From: an uncultured Desulfovibrionaceae bacterium
Lineage (GTDB): Bacteria; Desulfobacterota; Desulfovibrionia; Desulfovibrionales; Desulfovibrionaceae
Length of the DNA stretch: 64,000 nucleotides
Reading direction: 5' to 3'
Assembly: GCA_964370245.1 (NCBI GenBank)
Contig: CAYJIN010000002.1
Coordinates: 841 to 64,840, forward strand
The notes beneath the pieces were generated by a model. That model made no database searches, was not told the DNA's origin, and worked only from the letters and a program-made list of their open reading frames with translations. Shown one piece after another: positions 57,571 through 64,000 of the stretch; position 1 is the first letter of the stretch, and every line of letters starts with the position of its first letter. The translations under genes were made by a program, and so were the position numbers.

Positions 57571-58779
57571 TTACTCTTCAATTTCTTTTTGTTCAAGAGT
57601 AGATATAATTTTTAAAAGTTTGTTTACTTCAGTTTTGAATGAAAATCTTGTACTTGAATATTTTCTAGCTTGCACTCTAACAAGGTTTTGTTTTTCATTA
57701 TCAGAAAGTATTTCAAGCATTAATTTAGAAAGTTCTACATCACTTTTGTAATTCGATAAATAGCCATTTGTACCATGAATTATAAACTCTTCTAAAGCAG
57801 GATGATCTTGTGCAATTACGAGACTACTACATGCTAAAGCCTCATAGAAAGAAGAATTAACAAAAAGTTGATCAAAGAAAAACAAATGTATCTTTGAATA
57901 AATTAACGCTGCCCTATACTCTTCAATAGTTGCATTTGTATGCAAAATAATTCTATCTTTATAGTGGGATAGTATTTTTTCAAATTCAGAAAAAATCTCA
58001 TTAAAATCTTCTTGACTCGTTTTATCTTTTGTAAGCATAAGAACACGTGCAGATGGGTTTTCATTGAAAACAGTTTTTAATGCTTTTAAAGCATTGAGCT
58101 GTTCGGGAGTTTTTTTAAAAACTCGTGGTGCAAAAAGAATTAAATCATTCTCTTCATAACCTTTTAAATAGTCAGGAATAATGTCTTTTTTTGCAGGTGA
58201 AAAAAAGTCTGTATTAATACCTTCATTAATTATAGTCATTTTTTTTTGCAAAAATTCCGGATAAGATTTTTTTTGATATTGAGAAAAAGTAATAAGCTTA
58301 GTTGCATGGCGAATAGTTTCCATTTGAAACATATTATTCACACCATGCGAAAGAAGAAAAGGATCTTCCTCTTCCCTAGTTATAGAAAGTTCTTCATTGA
58401 GTTCATCTTCAGGAATAAACCAATCACAAAAACAAATAGTTGGCACATTAGGAAACACCCTGTGCAATGAAAAAGAAGTAGCGTGATTTGAGTCAAGAAA
58501 AATAAAATCAGGAGTAAAGCCTGTGTTTTTTAAACGCAAAAGAGCATTAGAAAAAATTAACCCTCTTCGTAATAAACGAATAGAATTTTGTTCTGCTTTG
58601 TTTCCTTTATAATATACTTTTGGAAATCTTATATTAGTATATATAATGTTTTTATGAGATAACTTTTTATGCCTATATTCAGAAAAAAAATGTACTTGGT
58701 CAGTATTTTTCAGAGAAAAATATAGCAAAATATTTTGAAACCTTGCTGGATAATATTTTGAAATAAAAAGAATTTTCAT
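57571..58779 (-). CDS. GT-B fold glycosyltransferase (group 1 / GT4-like)
   Basis: 402-aa ORF. The C-terminal half has a GT4-type region (FYEALACSSLVIAQDHPALEEFIIHGTNGYL). Confidence 0.7.
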   Translation of the reverse strand: MKILFISKYYPARFQNILLYFSLKNTDQVHFFSEYRHKKLSHKNIIYTNIRFPKVYYKGNKAEQNSIRLLRRGLIFSNALLRLKNTGFTPDFIFLDSNHATSFSLHRVFPNVPTICFCDWFIPEDELNEELSITREEEDPFLLSHGVNNMFQMETIRHATKLITFSQYQKKSYPEFLQKKMTIINEGINTDFFSPAKKDIIPDYLKGYEENDLILFAPRVFKKTPEQLNALKALKTVFNENPSARVLMLTKDKTSQEDFNEIFSEFEKILSHYKDRIILHTNATIEEYRAALIYSKIHLFFFDQLFVNSSFYEALACSSLVIAQDHPALEEFIIHGTNGYLSNYKSDVELSKLMLEILSDNEKQNLVRVQARKYSSTRFSFKTEVNKLLKIISTLEQKEIEE

Positions 58780-58920
58780 GCTTTTCCCAAGTAAGTTTAA
58801 AATTATAAGTTTCTAACTAGAATTATAATAAAACATTTTTTTGGAAAAATCAATTTTTTTTTATTATAAACATAAGTTTCTTTTATGTTTCAATTCAAAT
58901 AGTTTTATACTTTTATTTAT

Positions 58921-58961
58921 AAATATAAAAGCCCTTCTTTACACGAGGTAAAAAAGGGCTT
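58921..58961 (-). terminator. rho-independent terminator after the HD-GYP gene
   Basis: AAGCCCTT (58929-58936) pairs with AAGGGCTT (58954-58961). On the minus strand it is followed by TTTTATATTT. Confidence 0.8.
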
Positions 58962-58983
58962 AGAGATATTTTAAAGTAGATTA

Positions 58984-61065
58984 TTAGGATTTTTCAACAA
59001 TTAAAGCTTTAGCACCTTCTGGTGTGTTGATAACTTCAGTAAGAATTTTTACTAATTCTTGGTCGAATTTATTTTGATCTTCACTAAGTCTTCCTAAAGC
59101 ATCTGAAATTGGTAAACCTTTTCTAAAAGCACGTTCACTAATCATAGCGCAAAAAGCATTAGTAATAGCAAGAATACGTGCTTGTATAATAATTTCGCTA
59201 CCTTTTAGACCTTTAGGGTAACCATTACCATCCATTTGTTCATACATTTCAAGAACCGAAGAAGCAATTGGAGCACTAAACCCGATGCCAGAAAGAACTT
59301 CATGCGCTTTAATTGGAAGTTTTTTAATTTCAGCAAGCTCTGATTCGTCAAGTTTACCTGTTTTTGTAAGAATATCGCGGCTAATAAAGAGTTTACCAAT
59401 TTGTGAGAAAATGGAAGCATTATCAACAGTTTGAACTTCTTCAGGGCTCATACCCATATGCTTAGCCATCAAAACACCAACATTTGACATCATTTGTGAA
59501 TGCCCTGTTAAGTATGGGTCAACACCTTCAATTGCGCGAACAAAAGCATGTACAATATTTTCTTGTTGCTTTCTGTTTTTCTCACTATTACGTCTAAAGG
59601 CAGTAATATCTTGAAGAGTTGCAACAGCACCTGAAATATCAGTATTATCAATGTTATCATTCGGGTTATCATGGAAAGGATAAAGAGTTACACGGAATAA
59701 TAAAGTATCATGCGGTTTCTCAACTTCAATTTCAAAGTTTAGCGGATTACCCTCTTTCACAACATGATTTACTTTTTCCATAAAACTAGCAGCTAATTGA
59801 GGAGCAAAAACTGACATTAAATTAGCATCTTTCATTTTTTCGTCATCAGCATCAACAATTTCATTAAAAGTTTTGTTTGAAATTTTAATAAAACCTGAAG
59901 AGTCAACTAAAATCAAACCAACTTCTAAGGAAAGATTAATACTGTCGAGTAAACCTTTTTGTTGTGCGATAACATCATAAAGATTTCTGAAACGTGTTGC
60001 TACAGCTTTTTGTTCTGTACCAATAACTACCCACCATAATAAAGCAAAAAGTAAAGTTACACCTAAACTTGCAAGCGCACCTAAACCATAGGTAGTCCAT
60101 GCTAATGACTTGAATATTTGATTAATATTTACACTTGGGTTTTCTAAAACTACATATAAGTCAAGGCCAGGAACTTTTTCACCATAAGAATACACTTCTT
60201 GGTTTGATGCAACAGATAATCTTACACCAAAAGGCAGAATACCATTTTCAAAACTTACAGTATTTTTAACTTCTTGCGGTTGTGGAGATTGAATTTGAAT
60301 GCTTTGGAACACATCACCATTTTTTTGAATGATTTGTGGAACTAAGCCTGATTCTGAATGTAGTTCACGTGATAAAAATTGCGCTATTTGATTTGTAACT
60401 GGTAAAGTTAAAAGTAATGCCGCAATAGGTTTTTCACTATTTTCTACAAAAAGAGGTGGAATTGGAAGAGCATAATCTATAACCATAGTTGCTGCAGATG
60501 ATCGTATTGGAGCGAATGTAATTGTATTTGTTTCAATAGCTTTTAGCGCAGCATTTTTTTGATCTTCAGTAAGAGGTGTAGGTATTTGTAAACCTGAAAG
60601 AATTGTAGTGCCGTTTGCGCCAATAAGTCTTGCATCTGTCATACCATTATATGACATAAAATCATAAAGAACATCACGCATGAGCGGAACTTGTTCAATA
60701 AAAGTATCATAATCAGGATTAAGATTGCGTGTTTGTGTATCAAGTGTATTAATTTCACTTGCAACAGCATCACCAGCCATACGAACTTCTTCTAGAAACA
60801 TACGATAAAGTTCAGATGTGCTCACTCTTTGCCCTTGCTCATCAACACTTTCTGTCCAGATGTTCATCGCTTGCACTGTGCCTTGCACCCATGTTGTAAG
60901 CACAATATTTTCTTCATCAAGTATTGCTTTTTTCTTGCTCTCTAAACTTACAGTGCATACATAATATGCAGCTGTAAAAATAAACATAAGCAAACCAGCA
61001 ATAATCAAAATTGCATACTTTTTCTGCATTAAGGCATAAAGTGGATTTTGTTCATTAGTTTTCAT
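58984..61065 (-). CDS. transmembrane sensor protein with large periplasmic domain, PAS-like linker and degenerate HD-GYP domain
   Basis: 693-aa ORF with TM1 near residues 17-40 and TM2 near residues 325-350. The C-terminal domain aligns by eye to HD-GYP and keeps GYP (DGNGYPKG). The HD dyad reads SQ (IFSQIGK), HHE reads MYE, and the DxxD block reads NAFCA. Confidence 0.8.
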   Translation of the reverse strand: MKTNEQNPLYALMQKKYAILIIAGLLMFIFTAAYYVCTVSLESKKKAILDEENIVLTTWVQGTVQAMNIWTESVDEQGQRVSTSELYRMFLEEVRMAGDAVASEINTLDTQTRNLNPDYDTFIEQVPLMRDVLYDFMSYNGMTDARLIGANGTTILSGLQIPTPLTEDQKNAALKAIETNTITFAPIRSSAATMVIDYALPIPPLFVENSEKPIAALLLTLPVTNQIAQFLSRELHSESGLVPQIIQKNGDVFQSIQIQSPQPQEVKNTVSFENGILPFGVRLSVASNQEVYSYGEKVPGLDLYVVLENPSVNINQIFKSLAWTTYGLGALASLGVTLLFALLWWVVIGTEQKAVATRFRNLYDVIAQQKGLLDSINLSLEVGLILVDSSGFIKISNKTFNEIVDADDEKMKDANLMSVFAPQLAASFMEKVNHVVKEGNPLNFEIEVEKPHDTLLFRVTLYPFHDNPNDNIDNTDISGAVATLQDITAFRRNSEKNRKQQENIVHAFVRAIEGVDPYLTGHSQMMSNVGVLMAKHMGMSPEEVQTVDNASIFSQIGKLFISRDILTKTGKLDESELAEIKKLPIKAHEVLSGIGFSAPIASSVLEMYEQMDGNGYPKGLKGSEIIIQARILAITNAFCAMISERAFRKGLPISDALGRLSEDQNKFDQELVKILTEVINTPEGAKALIVEKS

Positions 61066-61110
61066 TACTTACTCCAATAATCTTTATATCTAACAATTAT
61101 AAAACTTAAA

Positions 61111-61788
61111 CTATTTTTTCTTACTTCTTACATGACCCCATCTGTATTTTTCATTAACAGAATATTGAGGTTCATAGTTACCGAGTTTGGTATGTGATAA
61201 AACTGCATTTGACAAGTTATCAAGAATATACACATCGCCATCCATGTAAACACCTAAAATAGCGTGTGCAATATTTCTAATTTTTTCTATTACTATAATA
61301 AGTCGCATATCATCAGGATTAAAGCCTAATTCTTTCAGCGTAAAATACTTTGCAATTGCATAATCTTCACAATCGCCTGATGTTTTTTGAAATTGTTTTG
61401 GAATTGCCCAATAATCGGGTTTTTTATAAACGGTTTGATCTAGTCTATAAGGCCATTGATTCCAAAACTTATTCACTTCACGTAATTGTTCCATTTTTGA
61501 AAGATTTTGCAAACGTTCCTTCAAACTATTCCACGATGTATTCTTATTCAACATAAATCCATCAACTAAAATAGGTGAGGCAGCATTTCTTTCTAAAACA
61601 CTTACCCATTGCGGAAGTGTAGAAATTCTACTTCTAAACTCTTTTGTACCAAAAAGATTAATTTTTTCAGCTGCATAAACATTATTTGAATAGAAAGAAG
61701 TGCAAGTAAAGGTAAGAAGAAGTGTTAAAAGAAAAATAGCACGAAAAACTTTACTAGAAGGTAAATCCCTCCTAATAAAGTTTTTCAT
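61111..61788 (-). CDS. bacterial transglutaminase-like cysteine proteinase (BTLCP, LapG-like), periplasmic
   Basis: Signal peptide (FRAIFLLTLLLTFTCTSFYSNNVYA) and a Cys-His-Asp triad context (SGDCEDYAIAKY, NIAHAILGVY, YILDN). The start is set at the internal ATG (MKNFIRR); the track ORF starts at 61836, inside the HlyD gene. Confidence 0.8.
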   Translation of the reverse strand: MKNFIRRDLPSSKVFRAIFLLTLLLTFTCTSFYSNNVYAAEKINLFGTKEFRSRISTLPQWVSVLERNAASPILVDGFMLNKNTSWNSLKERLQNLSKMEQLREVNKFWNQWPYRLDQTVYKKPDYWAIPKQFQKTSGDCEDYAIAKYFTLKELGFNPDDMRLIIVIEKIRNIAHAILGVYMDGDVYILDNLSNAVLSHTKLGNYEPQYSVNEKYRWGHVRSKKK

Positions 61789-61816
61789 AATTATTTTATA
61801 ATTTGCTAGTGATCTC

Positions 61817-63529
61817 TTAGCGTTCTCTAAGCGCATTATCCTTAGCCTTTAGTATCGGTTTTAATAGATACTGCATAATTGTCTTTTTACCAGTAACAAT
61901 ATCAACACTTGCGATCATTCCAGGAATAATTGGAAGAGTTTCACCACGATATTCAAGTCTATTTTCTTTTGTGCGTAATTTTACAAGGTAAAAGTATTCT
62001 TGGTTTGGACCTTCAGTAGTATCAGCACTGATTTGTTCAACATATGCTTCTAAGCCACCGAAAATTGAAAAGTCATAAGCTGTAAGTTTAACCATTGCGT
62101 ATTGATTAGGATAAATAAAACCGATATCAGCAGGACGAATTTTTGCTTCAATAAGAAGAGTATCATCTAAAGGAACAACTTCCATAATTGGCTCACCAGG
62201 ACGAACCGCAGAACCACGTGTGTTTAGAACAATACGGTTAACAACACCACGCATAGGTGAACGGATTTCTGTTCTTACTACTCTATCTTGACCAGTTGTA
62301 AGTGTTTCTTTGAGAGAATTTACTTCTGATGTTAATTCGTTAATTTCAGCAATAAGTTTTGTATCATATTCTGACTTGAAAACTCTTTGTTTAAGCTCAG
62401 TTTCTTCAATAGCAGTAGTAGCTTTAGAAATATTACTTTGTAGTGTGCTCATTTCACCTTCAAGGCTTACTATCTCTTGTTGTAGATTAAGAAAATCTAC
62501 TTCAGCATACAAGCCACGATCAACCATAGGACGAGCTAAGTTCAATCTTTGTGAAGTTAGTTGATGAGTTTGTTCAACAGTGAGCAGACGTTTTTCTAAA
62601 TCGTCAAGTTCAAATTGTGCTTGCTGGCTTTGAGCTGCTAAAACACTTAACTCAGATTCGAATTGTAAACGTCTTGTATTATACACTTGTGTTTGTAATG
62701 CAACAACATCAGGTGCTGCATCAATAAGTTCTTGGGAGTAAACCAAAGCTTCATTTCTTAATTCAGCGCGTAAACGAATAATTGAAGCATCGAGATTGTA
62801 AATTTTTTGCTGCGTATCACGAATAACAGATTCGGCTGCAACGTTTTCAACACGTGCTAAAACTTGCCCTTCTTCAACAATAACACCCTCTGTTACGAGA
62901 ATATCCATAAGAATACCACCCTCCAAGTGAGTGATAACTTGAGTTCTTGAAGATGCAATAACTTGACCTTGTCCACGTGTTAGTTCATCAACTGTTGCCC
63001 ATGAAGCCCACGCAATAAATGAAAGTAATAAACCTAAGATGAGAAGTGTTACAACTCTTTGTTTTTTTGAACCTGTATCATTCCAAACTGCATCAATATC
63101 ACCTAAAAATGCTTTATCTTCATCGGAGATTTGATCTCTTTTCCCTGAAAATAAATGTGCAGCTTCATCTTTTTTTGCTTGATTTTCTTTTGTAATTTGC
63201 TGAGCAGGTTGACTCTGAGCTTGCTGTGGTGAAGTTTTATTAGCTTGATCTGCGAAAGATTTTTGAGCTTGACTAGCATCAAGACCAACTGATGAAAGTC
63301 CAGATTTATCGGCAACAGGTTGAACAGCTTTTGCTTCATTTGTAGTAGGTAAAATATCTTCTTGCTTCATTTCAACAATTGAATTTTGCTGCGCTAAAGC
63401 GTTATTTTTACTCTCTTCAATTTTACTAGCTGCCTCATCACTTCCTGCTTTTGCTTGATAAGCTGGAACTTTTTTAGGCTTTATTTTACCAATTGGTGTT
63501 ACACCAGAATTATTATTTGTATTGCTCAT
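61817..63529 (-). CDS. HlyD-family type I secretion membrane fusion protein with about 150-aa low-complexity N-terminal extension
   Basis: 570-aa ORF with one TM (VVTLLILGLLLSFIAWASWA), coiled-coil and barrel-sandwich regions, and a C-terminal GMIASVDIVTGKKTIMQYLLKPI typical of HlyD/LapC. Confidence 0.88.
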   Translation of the reverse strand: MSNTNNNSGVTPIGKIKPKKVPAYQAKAGSDEAASKIEESKNNALAQQNSIVEMKQEDILPTTNEAKAVQPVADKSGLSSVGLDASQAQKSFADQANKTSPQQAQSQPAQQITKENQAKKDEAAHLFSGKRDQISDEDKAFLGDIDAVWNDTGSKKQRVVTLLILGLLLSFIAWASWATVDELTRGQGQVIASSRTQVITHLEGGILMDILVTEGVIVEEGQVLARVENVAAESVIRDTQQKIYNLDASIIRLRAELRNEALVYSQELIDAAPDVVALQTQVYNTRRLQFESELSVLAAQSQQAQFELDDLEKRLLTVEQTHQLTSQRLNLARPMVDRGLYAEVDFLNLQQEIVSLEGEMSTLQSNISKATTAIEETELKQRVFKSEYDTKLIAEINELTSEVNSLKETLTTGQDRVVRTEIRSPMRGVVNRIVLNTRGSAVRPGEPIMEVVPLDDTLLIEAKIRPADIGFIYPNQYAMVKLTAYDFSIFGGLEAYVEQISADTTEGPNQEYFYLVKLRTKENRLEYRGETLPIIPGMIASVDIVTGKKTIMQYLLKPILKAKDNALRER

Positions 63530-63607
63530 TCTATTCTCACTTAATTTTAGAACTTCAAATTAACGATTAGAACATAATATCTATCACACATAGGCTAGTA
63601 TAAAAGC

Positions 63608-64000
63608 TTATGCATCCTGACCATGTTTATCAGTTACTTTTACAAAATCATCAGGATATGCTTGTTCAGCACTATTATTTTTTTCGTTTTCTTCTTGAAG
63701 TTTTAAAGAAGCATTTGGTGCTTGTTCACTAGATTTCACTCTTTTAGGATCAGTATTTCCTGGTTGATTATTTACTAATGAATTAGCAACTGTTGGCTTT
63801 TGTGCATGATTTGGGCCTTGTTCCGCTTTTTGATCTTGATTTTGATTATCAACTGTTGGAGCTTGTTGTTTGCTGTTTAACCATGCATATACTTCTTTTG
63901 TAGGACCATCAGCAACAATTTTACCGTCTTGAACAACAATAAGTCTTGTTGTGAGCTCTAACAAGCTCATACGGTGCATATTAATAATTAAAGTTTTGTT
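63608..64000 (-). CDS. type I secretion ABC transporter ATPase/permease, C-terminal end only (5' part beyond window), with Q/N-rich tail
   Basis: The frame is open to position 64000 and reads ...KTLIINMHRMSLLELTTRLIVVQDGKIVADGP (end of the ABC domain), followed by about 90 low-complexity residues. Confidence 0.7.
   Translation of the reverse strand, partial: NKTLIINMHRMSLLELTTRLIVVQDGKIVADGPTKEVYAWLNSKQQAPTVDNQNQDQKAEQGPNHAQKPTVANSLVNNQPGNTDPKRVKSSEQAPNASLKLQEENEKNNSAEQAYPDDFVKVTDKHGQDA

Noticed and set aside
1-64000. Scan for CRISPR arrays, transposases, integrases, prophage or toxin-antitoxin modules
   Set aside because: No direct-repeat/spacer arrays, no recombinase-like ORFs and no small paired ORFs were seen. 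The only repeats are short (AAAT x6, one 10-bp x2.5 repeat, and in-frame repeats in infB).

Overview
AT-rich (roughly one-third G+C by eye) bacterial chromosomal segment. I call about 53 protein genes, one tRNA, one riboswitch candidate and many clean rho-independent terminators. I saw no transposase, integrase, CRISPR array or rRNA. The gene content (ahbD-hemB alternative haem pathway, flavoredoxin-like protein, folE2, rimP-nusA-ylxR-infB, argB-argF, cysE-cysK, murJ, lpxB) fits a low-GC Desulfovibrionales-like organism; that assignment is inference only. Positions 1-34 kb are mostly housekeeping. The oddities there are an ispH split by a 1-nt homopolymer frameshift, a degenerate transcarbamylase-fold paralog next to argG, a His-rich extension on AhbD, and a sigma28-type promoter in front of a disordered protein. 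Positions 35.0-53.7 kb form an accessory island for corrinoid-dependent methyl transfer. It holds a RACo-type activase, a B12-binding corrinoid protein, a CobW/G3E GTPase, two URO-D-family methyltransferases (one fused to a thioredoxin-like domain), an orphan TRAP binding protein, three BCCT carriers, a non-Pyl MttB-family methyltransferase, a non-pyrrolysine MtmB-family homolog and two DUF1638 proteins. The island contains no regulator gene and no pterin-type methyltransferase. The MtmB-like gene and its BCCT pairing are the most interesting item. Positions 53.8-64 kb carry yhhQ behind a preQ1-I-like aptamer, a chemoreceptor, a glycosyltransferase, and a type I secretion operon (ABC, HlyD, LapG-like BTLCP protease). 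That operon ends in a transmembrane protein whose HD-GYP domain has lost most metal ligands, which suggests a LapD analogue. All calls come from reading the sequence and the ORF translations by eye. No searches were run.
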